In this document: positions 12,621 through 25,511 of the stretch, piece after piece | How positions within the stretch are numbered: the first letter of the stretch is position 1 | How the letters are laid out: the number at the start of each line of letters is the position of its first letter | Assembly (NCBI RefSeq): GCF_006345805.1 | Contig: NC_042999.1 | Coordinates: 868,001 to 932,000 of the forward strand | DNA length: 64,000 nucleotides | Origin: Octopus sinensis | Taxonomy: Eukaryota | Direction of reading: 5' to 3' | Position numbers and translations under genes: made by a program | The notes under the pieces: generated by a model | The model's input: the letters and a program-made list of their open reading frames with translations, nothing else | What the model was told of the DNA's origin: nothing | Databases searched by the model: none

Positions 12621-13103
12621 AATCGCAAACATCTAACGTTTTGTTTTTGAAAATATATGAGTTTTTTTTGTTTTCCATTTTGGTAAAAACAATTCTCCGT
12701 GACTTCTTGTTTCCTTATATTTCCTTCTGTATCTTCCTGGAATTATTTTTATTTCCATTAATTTTGTTCCAACCCCAAGTACTTCATTGAGGAAGCTTCT
12801 ACATCTTCATTCTCCGATACAAATATGTGCAGCATTTTCTTCAAGTCGTACCGTACCATTTTGAAGCAGAAACTACTTCAGAAAATGTAGCCACTGGTAT
12901 AGAAAACATTGGACAAACAAACAAGAAAGGCTAGATCAGTCTTTCCTTATTCATTACAACCGATTTGAAGCTGAAAAACAAAAGATGAATGACTAAACAA
13001 TTTCCATACGATAACATGAAGCACGGTGCGTTTAATTTATGCGACGCTTTGGAACGTTATAGTAACATTGTTAACGAGTGACAGGGATCCTCTATCACAA
13101 CAG

Positions 13104-13490
13104 TGGAGGCGCAATGGCCCAGTTGTTAGGGCAGCGGACTCGCGGTCATAGGATCGCGGTTTCGATTCCCAGATCGGGCGTTGTGAGTGTTTATTGAGCG
13201 AAAACACCTAAAATCTCCACGAGGCTCCGGCAGGGGATGGTGGTGATCCCTGCTGTACTCTTTCACCACAACTTTCTCTCACTCTTACTTCCTGTTTCTG
13301 TTGTACCTGTATTTCAAAGGGCCGGCCTTGTCACTCTCTGTGTCACGCTGAATATCCCCGAGAACTACGTTAAGGGTGCACGTGTCTGTGGAGTGCTCAG
13401 CCACTTACACGTTAATTTCACGAGCAGGCTGTTCCGTTGATTCGGATCAACCGGAACCCTCATCGTCGTAACCGACGGAGTGCTTCCATT
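13104..13490 (+). mobile_element. SINE family B (M1+T1), full length with TSD
   Basis: tRNA-like head GGAGGCGCAATGGCCCAGTTGTTAGGGC...GGTTTCGATTCCC. 11-bp TSD TCTATCACAAC at 13091-13101 and 13493-13503. Confidence 0.92.
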
Positions 13491-16400
13491 CATCTATCAC
13501 AACTAAAGAAGTCGTGATAAGAGACTGTATCTCAGCTGTAGTTCATTGTAAATGAATAGTAATCTTAACTAATCACCAGAATGGCTTTCCAGAAACTTTA
13601 TACTAACTTACAATTCATGGTGCCTATTCACACGCATTCAATATTTTGTTATTATTGAATTAAGTTTTACTAATTCAAACCACAGTTAACAAGTTGCCTT
13701 AAATTCTATTTCTTCTACGTAGCCACAGGTAATAGTCTGGTTCTGGCAATGTTCCTACTGTTCTGAGTGAGAGAGAATAACACCTGTAAAACGAACAGAT
13801 GAAACGGTTTATATTGAAATAGTTGAACATTCAGTGAATTATTTCCTCGGGACATAAAGTAACTTTCCAAAAGCATTAATATTAACTACACTACTTTACA
13901 CACAGTCTATTGTTTCTATAATACATTATACAACACTACATTATAGTATATTGTCTACATTAAAATAGTAATTGAAAATAGATTTAAAAAAAAGCTAAAA
14001 CGGTCACGATACTTTAAAATGAGTTTTCCATTTTGCTTTTGTCATATTCAAAGAAATGGGATACAGAAAATGGAATTAAAAGGTTTGGAAAGAGAATTGA
14101 GTGCAGGGCTTGGCTCAGATTCAAAGCAATGTCACAACGTAGATTTCGTAAAGCTCACCAAACGCAGTTAAATGGAATTGTTAAGATTTTACCCTAAAAG
14201 GGGGAAACATCATTGCAATATCTGAAAGCTGTCATAAAACGACAGTCTATAAAACTCTTTACAACAACATCAGTAATACTGACAGCAACACGAAATCACT
14301 CATGTATCAATTTGGCACAATTAAGATGTCAATATTTTAATTGCCAATTTCTATTCAATTACGAATATTTAATTTACTCATTTTACTTCACCTAACATAA
14401 TCTGTCTGTAAAATTCTCCTCTTCGTTTGGTCCCATGTCTTATATATATATTGATTACTTCAAGATCAATTTAATTAATGATAAGAATATGAAACCCATA
14501 CTTTAAAAAGCACAAGCTACTTGTCTTTCCATCACACTCATGATTATGGTATTTCTAAGTTTTTGATTGATTATAATTCATTCTTTCAGTGGCCTTATTT
14601 AAGTAAAACATTTGCATTCACCTAGACTATAAAAGCTCAATTTATAGGTTACGAAACTTACAACCAAGATGTCATCCTATCAGCGCTTTACTGTCTCATG
14701 GACTAAAGCACTTAAATTTCATATTCTTTGTACAAACCTGTTATCGTAATACGACCAAATACATAATTTTACCTATTCTGCTTTTATACTAAAAGCAACA
14801 GTCTTTAGCGATAAGAAATTAACAAAATTTTAATTTGTTATTTCAAACTTACTCCAAGTTGTTGAAAAACATGTCAAACACAGCTGAAACATTTAATAAA
14901 CCTGAATGTCAACCACTTAAGCAGAAATTGAGGCACGAACTCAGTTTAAGTAGTTGACAATCGAGTGTCCAGCATTGACAAGCTTCAACAAAGGTGAAAC
15001 GTGTTTGTCGTATTCATGTGTCACGATATTTGTTATGCTCTGGAACACAAACAGCATCTACAGAATCTAAGGTGAAATAATAAATAAACTGAACCAGACA
15101 GTGCGAAATATGCTCATTTCAGATAAACGTTTTTATTCTGGAATAGAAGAACCTTTAATGCAAGCTAAAACACTAGATCGGAAACTATTAACAAATGTAA
15201 GCACTTCAACAAACACTCCTTTTGATATTGGCATACATCAACACCACAACCATTTCCATCAACCCCAACAGTCATGAAGTAGGATTATATTATTTTCTTT
15301 AATTCTTTAAAGTGTTTCATGTTATTGCTGCAGTCATGCTGGAGCACCACCGCTGAACAATTCAGAACTAACGAAGGCACCGGAACTTATACAACTCTAA
15401 CCCCACAAAGAAAACGATTGAGGAGGACGTGGGTTGAATTCAAAGATTGAGTGGTCAGACGTTTCAAAGCCTGTAATTCATAGAAAATCTTTATTCAATT
15501 ATAAAGGATACTTGGTAGGGAAAAGGCTGGAAAGAAATTCTGCAAGTGGACACTCAAATTGCTAGAAATAACAGCTTTCTGAAATAAAAATTTTCTGAAA
15601 GTATACCCTGCCGTCTTAAATAGGATAAAACACATCCGAGCGGGTGACCCAACATACTTCTTAAAAAAGGCAGAAGACGTAGTGGTTAGGGTGTTGCTTG
15701 TTACCACCTTGATGGCAAAATCGTGGTTTCAACTTATGGACTGGGCTGTGCATTGTGTTCTTGAGCAAAGCACTTCATTTCACGTTGCTCCAGTCAACCC
15801 ATCTGAAAATAAGTATTCCTGGAATGAACTGGTCTCTCGTTGAGAAGGATTATTCTAATCTCGGCCACGCATGCGCCAGGGAAATCAGGTAACCGACCCT
15901 GTGGATCCAGCGACAGTACTTTACTTCAGAAAAAATGAAACGGTCGATAAGGGAATACATTTGATTATAGATGTCTCTGCTCACTATTGACCACGTGCCA
16001 ACAACAACAACAGGAACAAAAATAGGCCAATGAAAGAGCTTCTATATTATTTCTTGGTTCTTTAAAAGCTACAGGAAAATCTCATTATATTTCAACCTAG
16101 CGACTGTCTAAAAAAAAAAAAAAAACAGAAAACGCATTGGCCAAGACATTACTAGTTCTATAAAACGTCAGGATGGTCGTATCTGGAACGTACATTTGAT
16201 TGAATGTCACCTCAACCAGCAAGGACCTAAGTCGAAAGAACAAAAATATATTTTCGTTTCGTTCCATTCTTGTGTTCCACCAATGGAGCTTTCTCCAAAT
16301 ATTATTGTGATTAGTCCAAAATAATTTGACATAGGCATACATCTACGTATAAGTGGCCATGAGCTGGATGTTAATTGAATTTCTGGAGAGATGAATGCTT

Positions 16401-17344
16401 AAAAAATTAAGCAGCATCATATGTTACAGCCAAAATTATGATTAATTAATGGTACACTTGCTGAATTTAGACACAAACGAAATTAGCAAGCCAAAATTAA
16501 CCATCATCTGGCTCAGGCATTTTTCATTAGTTTACGTACAGGAATACACGTATGTATTTATGTGGCTATATCCGTTCGCATATGCGTGAGGATGTAGAGA
16601 GAGGTGTAGAATTGTGAGTGAATGTAAAATCTATTTATCTGTGGTGTACTTATCTGACTCTCGGTCAGTGTCTCTGTATGTGTGTATGTCTGCCTCTGGC
16701 TTCTATCTCTCTCTTTGACTCTCTTGATACACACACACGCACGCACACACATAAACACACATACTCACACACACACACACGCACTGGCACACACTGACAC
16801 ATTCTCACACAGACACATTTAATAAAGACAGACGGATGAGTTACCTGGTACTACTACAATTGTTTCATTAGTAACCTTTATTATAACGTAAACTTATTAC
16901 TTGACTTGAGATGTGTATGTCTGTTTGTGCGTGTACATACAAGCATATATATATATAACACGTGTAGTTCCTTCATATTTAATAAATATAAGTATTAACT
17001 AAAGTATGATATAAATAATGAAGTACATTATATGCCCAGCTGGTAATTTTGGTTATATCCTTTAAGTATTATTTCGTGATGTGCAAACTGATACCATGAG
17101 TTTACTGTCAGATATACTCATTAGGTTAATTTTGTATTATCCGAAATAGAATACCCGCATATCGATTAATCCCCCAAAAATTGAATATAGTATTCTTGTA
17201 TATGTACGTATGTGCGTATGTGTGTGTGTATATATTACATGTATATGTATGCATGTGTGTATGTGTGTGTATATATATTTATGTAGGTATGTAGACACGT
17301 ATGAAGTATGTATATGTATATGTATCTATGAATGTAGGTATGTA

Positions 17345-17723
17345 CACTTGCGTCAGAAATTAATTAGCACTTCTCAAATTTCTACATTAATAGGTTAAAT
17401 CAATTAACCTATGAGCTGTTCAAAACGTCTTACGCGATGAGAAAACTTAGTATGGTGTGATTTCGGTCCTTGCGAGGCGCTACCTATATCTATTAAACAA
17501 AGGAAGATTTGTCTGCATCCGTACTCCAAGTTGTTGTTGCACTGCTATGTCAACATCATAAGGCTGTAGACTCTCAAACTGCTCTGCAAACAAAGTTACG
17601 TCATCGTTCTGCGCAACAGTGAACTCGCAACAAAGCAATAGTTCGAGATATGGCCACTAGGTGACAGCACATACCTTGAGTGAAGAGCAAATCAAGGGTG
17701 CTAATTAATTTCTGACGGTAGTG
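17345..17723. mobile_element. Tc1/mariner-type MITE
   Basis: 26-bp TIRs CACT(TG/AC)CGTCAGAAATTAATTAGCAC (17345-17370, 17698-17723), flanked by TA on both sides. Confidence 0.85.
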
Positions 17724-17726
17724 TAT

Positions 17727-18047
17727 GTCATTATTCAGTTTTAATCCAGGATATCTAGCCAAAAGAGAAAGAGACCGTTTCTAATTTAGATCCTTTATGG
17801 GATTTCAACATCAACAACAGGGTATTTTTGTATGTATGTATGCATTTATATATGCAGATTTGTATGTTTTGTTTCATGTATAGGCGCAGGAGTGTCTGTG
17901 TGGTAAGTAGCTTGTTAACCAACCACGTGGTTCTGGGTTCAGTCCCACTGCGTGGCATCTTGGGCAAGTGTCTTCTGCTATAGCCCCGGGCCGACCAATA
18001 CCTTGTGAGTGGATTTGGTAGACGGAAACTGAAAGAAGCCTGTCGTA

Positions 18048-18085
<38 letters not shown>

Positions 18086-18089
18086 TGTC

Positions 18090-18141
<52 letters not shown>

Positions 18142-18420
18142 GCATGTGTGTGTTTGTGTGTCTGTGTTTGTCCCCCTAGCATTGCTTGACAACCAATGCT
18201 GGTGTGTTTACGTCCCCGTCACTTAGCGGTTCGGCAAAAGACACCGATAGAATAAGTACTAGGCTTACAAAGACTAAGTCCCGGGGTCGATATGCTCGAC
18301 TAAAGGCGGTGCTCCAGCATGGCCGCAGTCAAATGACTGAAACAAGTAAAAGAGTAAAAGAGTATGTATTCTCATGCATATAGTTGTATATCTAGATATG
18401 CTCATATATATTTAAATATA
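17727..18420 (-). mobile_element. Second copy of the (CATA)n-associated RLE LINE 3'UTR, interrupted by SINE A
   Basis: 17727-17880 matches 4623-4730/5341-5450 plus the start of 5149-5180; 18363-18420 matches 5180-5235. Confidence 0.65.
17881..18362 (+). mobile_element. SINE family A, full length, with internal duplication and TA expansion
   Basis: Same head, body and tail as the other copies. Confidence 0.92.
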
Positions 18421-18424
18421 TATT

Positions 18425-18845
18425 CGACGATTTCCCCTCACGGCTGCAAGCACATCTGCGATGTTTTTTTACAGTTCTGCTGGTTGCGGCTCTCCAGAAC
18501 GTTCGTCAATATCGACTTTTTTGGCCATCTTGGAACCATATGAACCCCCCGTACTCTCGTTTGTACCTTACACACTCCTCTCCAGACACTTTCTGCAACT
18601 TTGCATCGGCCTCTGAGCAGGTATCGCCATGACAACTTTCTCTGTCATGGTTAATGCGACGATCACACGCTACACACCTTCATTCAAAGCTGTGCTGTAA
18701 ACAGCGGAAGTGTGCGAAAACCTTAAAACTTAGTGCGCATGCACAGCAGAGTTTACGGTTAATATTTGCCAAGCAACTTTACTCTGCATGCATGTAGCTT
18801 CGTTACTATGGCGACAGACCGGATACTGATTGATCAGATCTCGTA
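18425..18845 (-). mobile_element. Mariner transposon 5' fragment (TIR + degenerate N-terminal HTH)
   Basis: Minus strand begins TACGAGATCTGATCAATCAGTATCCGG (mariner-type TIR). Frameshifted peptide GDTCSEADAKLQKVSGEEC...DERSG..TSRTVKNIADV. Confidence 0.7.
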
Positions 18846-18949
18846 AAAGAACAAGCCTGTTTATTTTTCACGGCAGGCTTTTTAAAAACAGTGAAACAAT
18901 TAAAAAAGAAATCAAATTATTAGAACGGTGTCTTCTCGGTACGGAAATA

Positions 18950-19452
18950 ACAACATGACAACGTAAACGGCGATGACAATGGCTATGACGACGACAACGA
19001 CGATGGTGATGGCGACAATGATGGTGATGATAATGATGATGATGTCCTTCATGTTAAAGATGATTATGATGATGTTGGCGACGGCTATGATGATGATGAG
19101 GATGAAGATGATGATTATCACTCTTTGGAATCCCAATGTATTTTTACATGATTAATCTTGTAATTAAGCGAATGGAAAAAAAAACAAATGAATAGGAAAA
19201 CATCACATTAAATGGTGATAATTATCGTTTTGATAATTTAAAAAAGTTATGCAATTTTAGACGCTAGCGAGAAGAATAAAACAAGTTGGCTATCTTTATT
19301 GTCGTCTTCATCACCATCCTCCTCATCATCATCATCACCATCATCACCATCATCATTATCATCAACATAATCAAAATCATCATCATCATCATCATCGTCA
19401 CCTAAGGTATTTTTCGATGTTGTTGTTATTATTATTATTATCATTATTATTA

Positions 19453-19485
<33 letters not shown>

Positions 19486-19540
19486 TATTATTATATTATT
19501 ATTATTATTATTATTATTATTTTATTATTATTATTATTAT
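18950..19540. repeat. GAT/CAT/ATT trinucleotide microsatellites
   Basis: Direct inspection. Confidence 0.85.
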
Positions 19541-19800
19541 AATTCAAGTCACTGCCTGGATCCGAACTTGGAATCTTGGGGTAAGTATCCTGCGCTCTTA
19601 ACACTACGTCATATGCCCGTCGAATGAGAACCTTAGGAATGAGAATCCAGGTTCAAAATTTCACCAAGACACCTGATGAAGGCTGGAGGTTATATCAGTC
19701 GAAACGTTGTGTTAACAACAAACAAGGTGTGAACAAATATACGTCAAATGTAAATAATGTAAATAATGTAAATAATTCCCGATCTCTTAAATATAGAACC
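19400..19800. mobile_element. Family E PLE terminal repeats in inverted arrangement (minus: tRNA-like 19618-19543 + TAA; plus: 19624-19800)
   Basis: Homologous to 8165-8375, 9010-9088 and 25100-25612. Confidence 0.75.
19668..19713 (+). ncRNA. Minimal type I hammerhead ribozyme motif (family E), apparently intact
   Basis: GACAC-CUGAUGA-A-GGCUG(gagguuauau)CAGUC-GAAAC-GUU-GUGUU. Stem I is GACAC/GUGUU and stem II is 5 bp; palindromic AACGUU replaces stem III. Confidence 0.8.
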
Positions 19801-20084
19801 GTATTTCCATAGTTTGTTTATTTTGTCCTCTATGATCATATCGCACATTCGTATTTCAATGGTATGGTCAGTCTTCATTGGAAAGTCTCAAAGATTCTCA
19901 GAATTCTGAAATTCTTATTTTCTATCACAGCCCTTTGTTCATATTCATACATTTCATTCTCCCGGATCAATAAAACCATTACGAATTCGGCACTGGAGAC
20001 GATATAATCAACATATCCCTTACCTTAAAACTAATGGCATTGTGCCCAAATTCAACAACGTTACTAATATTATTAGTTTCATTT

Positions 20085-20650
20085 AAGGGTGGCGAACCGG
20101 CAGAATCGTTAGCACACTGGACGAAATTCTTAACGGTATTTGGTCTGCCGCTACGTTCTGTGTTCAAATTGCGCCGAGGTCGACTTTGCCTTTCATCCTT
20201 TCGGGGTCGATAAATTAAGTACCATTTGCGTACTGGGGTCGATCTAATAGACTCATCCCCTCACCCCAAATTTCCGGCTTTGTGCCAGTAGTAGAAAGGA
20301 TTATTATTATAAACTGCCATTACGTTCTGAGATCAAATTCCACCGAGGTCGACTTTGCCTTTCATCCTTTCGGGGTCGATTTAATAAGTAACAGTTACGC
20401 ACTGGGGTCGATATAATCGACTTAATCCGTTTGTCTGTCCTGTTTGTCTTCTGTGTGTTTAGCCCCTTGGGGGTGGTAAAGAAATAGGTATTTCGCTCGT
20501 CGCTACGTTCCGAATTCAAATTCCGTGAGGTTGACTTTGACATTCATCCTTCCGAGGACGATGAAATAAGTACCAGTTACGCACTGGGGTCGATGTAATC
20601 GACTCTTCTCCACCTTCCTCAAGCTGCCTCTGTGGCAAAATTAAAAACTT
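20085..20650 (+). mobile_element. SINE family C cluster (head plus tandemly repeated body units)
   Basis: GGCAGAATCGTTAGCAC...GTTCAAATT..GAGGTCGACTTTGCCTTTCATCCTTTCGGGGTCGATAAATTAAGTACC; the body is repeated three times. Confidence 0.85.
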
Positions 20651-21091
20651 TATTAGTTATGCTTGTTTTTCACATCTTAGTATTTTTCATTTACTATCAT
20701 TTTCACTTCCGTCTTACCAACACCTCTTGTCTCTCTTCTTCCCTCTGCATTATCTCCTGCTAAACGTGAATTCTCTCTCTCTTTATCTCTCTCTCCCTCT
20801 TCTCTCTCTCTTCTCTCTCTCTCTCTCTCTCTCTGTGTCTTTCTCTCATATTCGTCTGTGCTTCTAAAAGGATATATTGCACAACTCGCTGTAATCAAGT
20901 AGTTGTCGGCCACTAACATGAACCAATTTGTTCAGCTAACACTTCAACAAGTTCAACGGAGCAGAGAAACAAGTGAATTGTTAAAACATCGATCAATACA
21001 CGTGTCTCAATTGATATCAAAACGTAAATATTCAAGAGTATCATACATACATACACACATACATACACACACATACACACATATATGTATG

Positions 21092-21126
<35 letters not shown>

Positions 21127-21156
21127 GTGCAGAAATATATATATGTGTATATACAA

Positions 21157-21191
<35 letters not shown>

Positions 21192-21193
<2 letters not shown>

Positions 21194-21560
21194 ACGGGAA
21201 GCTTTATGAAAATAAACAAAAGACGAAGGCAGGTGGAAAACAAACGAACAATTGTATTAGTATGGCGCTCAGGAAATATAAATAAAACAAGTCTTTAACG
21301 TTTCGAACCTACGCTCTTCAACAGAAAGATACACAGAGAGAGAAAAACACAGAAAGAAGGAGAGAAAAAAAATGCGTGCAGTAGCTAACGAATCAACATG
21401 GCGATCTGATTTCGGCCAGAGGTCAAAGATCAAACATGAGATGCGAGAGCGAAATAAGGGGAGATAATAGGGTTGATAAATGGTTGAGGGACCAGCTAAA
21501 AGTGCGTGGAGGGATCTGGATGTGTGTATGTATAGGGTTGGTGTATGTATTAGTATGTAT

Positions 21561-21599
<39 letters not shown>

Positions 21600-22283
21600 A
21601 GAGAGTATTAGTGCGTAAGATTGGTCTGGACATGCGTATGTATGGGGTTGGTGTATGTATTAGTATGTATTAGTATGTATTAGTACGTATTGGTATGTAT
21701 AGGTATGTGTGTGTGTGTGTAGAGAGTATAAGTGCGTATGCGGGGTCTGGACCTGTGTATGTATAGGGTTGGTGTAAGTATTAGTATGTACTAGTATGTA
21801 TTAGTACGTATTAGTATGTATTAGTTGGTGTGTGTATTAGTATGGCACATCATATGTGATATGATGTGTAAAGTCATGTGGTGTAGTGAGGAGAAGAGGG
21901 GGAGGGGGAGAAGAGGGGGAGAAGAGGGGGAGAAGAGGGGGGAGAGAGAGAGGGGAGGGGAAGAAGAGGGGAGGAGAAGAGGGAAGAGGAGAGGAAGGGG
22001 GAGAAGGAAGGGGAGGAGGGGGATGAAGGAGGAAAGAGGGAGAGGGGGAGAGAGGGAGTGAGGGAGCAGAGGAAGGGGAAGAGGGAGGGAGAAAGAGGGA
22101 AGAAGGGAGGCGAGTAGGGTGAAAGGATGAAGGACTGAAGAAGTAGGGGTCGGGGGGAGAAATGATAGGTGAGGAGGTGGGAGAGGGGGGTTAGATGAGG
22201 AGGGGGGGAGAGTTGAGACCAAATGGCGTATAAGAGCGAAGAGAGAAGATTAATTCCTGTTCACGGCGCAAACGGGAATCCGG
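21192..22283 (-). mobile_element. Penelope-like element 3' end: GIY-YIG C-terminus, long low-complexity 3'UTR and hammerhead variant
   Basis: Minus strand from 22283 reads [24 protein letters not shown] (RxxxEQxLIFxLxTxxPxGLN-type PLE end). A pyrimidine-rich tract and (CATACTAATA)-type repeats follow, then the hammerhead at 21292-21329. Confidence 0.7.
21292..21329 (-). ncRNA. Minimal type I hammerhead variant (CUGUUGA core)
   Basis: UCUUU-CUGUUGA-A-GAGC(guag)GUUC-GAAAC-GUU-AAAGA. A related eroded copy lies at 30321-30357. Confidence 0.6.
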
Positions 22284-22434
22284 ATGGGTGTGTGTGTGTG
22301 TGTGTGTATGTGTATGTATATATACTGCATGTGTATTTATGCATATATAATATATACATACATATCATATATGCACATATATGTGTATGCATATCTAACT
22401 ATCGATTTATCCCACTATCCATATATATATGTAT

Positions 22435-22508
<74 letters not shown>

Positions 22509-22618
22509 GTACATACATACTTATATACATATATACAAATATACATATCTATATCTATATATATATATATATGTATGTATATATATGCATAGATACATAT
22601 GAATCATACATACATATA

Positions 22619-22683
<65 letters not shown>

Positions 22684-22734
22684 CATATATACATTGTTGT
22701 CCTGTGCGCGTGCACTTGCTATTTTCGTATAATA

Positions 22735-23270
22735 ATCCATGACCATCTGATATTCAACGGGAACTGTTAAACACAGTTATCGCTGCACATATAGCTTCAC
22801 CAGACAAATGACTAAATCAATACCAAATGCCTATCCGTCAAGAAGAACGAAAATCCACGATAAACCAGATCTGTAGCAATCTCAATAATTGTTCTATGCT
22901 TCACTCCAAAATCTGCGATACACCGAGTAAAAATACCTTTGTCGAGAATAACAATATATGCATAGCTTTTATTGCCCTGACGAAGAACAGCTGTAAATCT
23001 AAGGATCCACCATTACATCCGTTCTTTCAGAAAGAAAAGAAAAGCTTTTTCAAATATATTTTGTCCTTAAAGACGCCAAAATGCCTGAGATATAACATCA
23101 AATGGAAGCTCATGCACCAGAACACAATAAAATCTTTCGTTATTGATTTGCACCAGAGACAAATTCTTTACATTGATCCACCCCTGGCTGACCAAAACGC
23201 AAAATTCGAACTATTTTTCCCTGTATATACTAAGTTACCTTTTGAAAACGCTTCAAATTTAACTAAAAGC
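22735..23270 (+). pseudogene. Highly degenerate Penelope-like GIY-YIG endonuclease fragment
   Basis: Peptide traces TVKHSYRC, FIALTKNSCKS, RSFRK, FKYILSLK and YNIKWKLMH resemble the PLE pattern YIGLTENxFKxR..SF..LSKYIWxLK..YxIKWKI. Confidence 0.5.
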
Positions 23271-23346
23271 AACTGATGCCATCTAGTCTATTATATAAAA
23301 TCTGTTCTGTCTGTGTGAGTGTGTGTGTATCTTCTAGGATCTTGCG

Positions 23347-23377
<31 letters not shown>

Positions 23378-23399
23378 TGTGTGTATGTGTGTGTGTGTG

Positions 23400-23630
23400 T
23401 CTTCTGTTGTTATTCCATAGTGTTGGCATAGCTTCCAGTGTATGTAGGTCCCAACTCTGTCGTGTCTGTGAATATATTCCTTCTTAGCCAGGACTGGGCA
23501 GCCAGAGATAATATGATTTATTTTTTCTTGTCCATCTCCACATATTCTGCAGTTACTTGTTATGTTTCTTTTCATTATATGTTTTTGGTGATTTCTGGTA
23601 GGGAGGCTTTGGTCTTGTGCTAAAATCCTG
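23400..23630 (-). pseudogene. R4/Dong-like non-LTR retrotransposon fragment (CCHC knuckle + RHD motif)
   Basis: AQDQSLPTRNHQKHIMKRNITSNCRICGDGQEKINHIISGCPVLAKKEYIHRHDRVGTYIHWKLCQHYG. Confidence 0.85.
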
Positions 23631-25196
23631 CATCCGATTGCGCTCAAATTGATATGTAGATACCGACGGTATCAGGGCGTGTATAAGTCTTGAAAAAATT
23701 ACAAAAATCGAATCCAGGTGAGAATGCGATCTATAAAGCCGTTTTTGTCCTGCTTTTCTTCTGACAACATGTACCTAACTGCACCTTCCATTTTTTCTTG
23801 TTTTTGTACTGCTTAAAGCACGTTTCTTTCCTGCCAAGCTTACTGTTTAAACCATGTTTGTGTCCTCCCAGTCATCAGCCTTATCATTACTGGTACTTTA
23901 AACTCTTCGTTTGCATATTGTGTGAATAAAACCGTTTTTCTTTGGAATAGAAAAAAAGTCTATCCTTATTTCTTCTTTTGCTGGTGTCTCAAAGTTAGGT
24001 TAAATCAGTGTTTCTCAAAGGGGAGGCCTATGGGACGGTCGGATAAGTTGTCTTGAGAAAATTTGGTTTAAATGTTTGACAACTCAGCACCGTCCAAGGA
24101 CGGGGGGCTTTTTCCTCGTCTGTTATATGACAGCACTACACAAAATTACACCAGGGCTATTTAAAAGACAACACACTGCGTTGAATTGTTTCCACATAGA
24201 ATCATATCTCTCCCTTAATCGCTAAGCGTTTGTGACCCTCCACACATATTACCATCATAATTCTCTCATTTTCCAGAACCCTAACACGCACACATTTTAA
24301 ATTCTCCTATTCTATAATTTGAAAATTCTATAATTTTATAATTTGATACTTCATAATCTTTTAATTCATGAATTTAAATTTGATAATTTAATAATTTCAT
24401 TCTTTCAAATTTGATAATACAATAATTTTATAAATTTAGAATTTTTAATAGTACAGCATTGTAATTTGCATTTGATATTGTGTATTCATCGTTCAGTTTA
24501 ACATTTCGTGTTATTTTTTCTATAATTTTGTGATTTTAAAATGCCGGAACATTTTTACTGCATCGTAACTTTCCAAATATGCGACCATCTTGTTTTAATC
24601 TAAAATCCTGGACTTCGTATATTTTTACCTACTAAACTTTTGCGATTTCTGTCATCCTACATGTACATTAATACACAACTGGATACTGAGGCTTGTTACA
24701 TCTTGCTACATGAATTGCTACATGAATTCGCACGTGCGTCCATTTCTGTGCATCCGTGTTGTTATCTCGCATAGAAACATACACTCGCACAGACAACGAC
24801 GCATGCGTACAGCTATGATTTCAAGAATGTCACAATGGTTGCCATATACGTGTAAGGGTATACGTATGTATGTATAAATGTATGCATGTATGTATGTTTG
24901 CATGAATGTATACCCCCACACATACATACAGACACACATATATATACACACGCGTTGGGTTGTCAGATAAATTCGTTTGTTTTTCTTACATTGATTTTAA
25001 TCCTTATTTTTCATCAATAATTTTAACAGATCACTCACCTGAGAATGCCAACTTGCATTTCGACCTCTTTTGTCTGCTAGGATTGATTTTCTTCTCTTCC
25101 AGTTCCATATTTAAGAGATGAGGAATTATGTACATTATTTACATTATTTACATTATTTACATTTTGACAGATTTTGTCCTCATCTTGTTTGTTGTT

Positions 25197-25242
25197 AACA
25201 CATCGTTTCGGCTGATAGACCCTCCAGCCCTCATCAGATATC
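25197..25242 (-). ncRNA. Family E hammerhead, cleavage triplet mutated (GAU)
   Basis: GAUAU-CUGAUGA-G-GGCUG...CAGCC-GAAAC-GAU-GUGUU. Confidence 0.55.
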
Positions 25243-25333
25243 TTGGGGAAATTTCGAACCTGGATTCTCATTCCAAGTTATTTTTCGATGTTATTATTAT
25301 TATTATTATTATTATATTATTATTATTATTATT

Positions 25334-25400
25334 ATGGCGTAATGGTTAAGAACGTGGGCTACTAACCCCAAGATTCCGAGTTCAATTCCAGGCACTGACT
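25334..25400 (+). promoter_or_regulatory. tRNA-like Pol III promoter segment inside the family E repeat
   Basis: A-box TGGCGTAATGG, anticodon-like arm GGG-CTACTAA-CCC, B-box GAGTTCAATTCC. Homologues at 9010-9088 (-) and 19543-19618 (-). Confidence 0.65.
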
Positions 25401-25430
25401 TGAATAATAATAATGATAATAACAATATTA

Positions 25431-25461
<31 letters not shown>

Positions 25462-25511
25462 CATCGAAAAATACCTTAGGAATGAAAACCCAGGTTCGAA
25501 ATTTCCCCCAA

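Noticed and set aside
25334-25400. Functional tRNA gene (also the SINE heads at 13104, 29424, 56636)
   Set aside because: The acceptor stem does not pair properly, there is no terminator, and the segments are embedded in repeats; they are tRNA-derived only.
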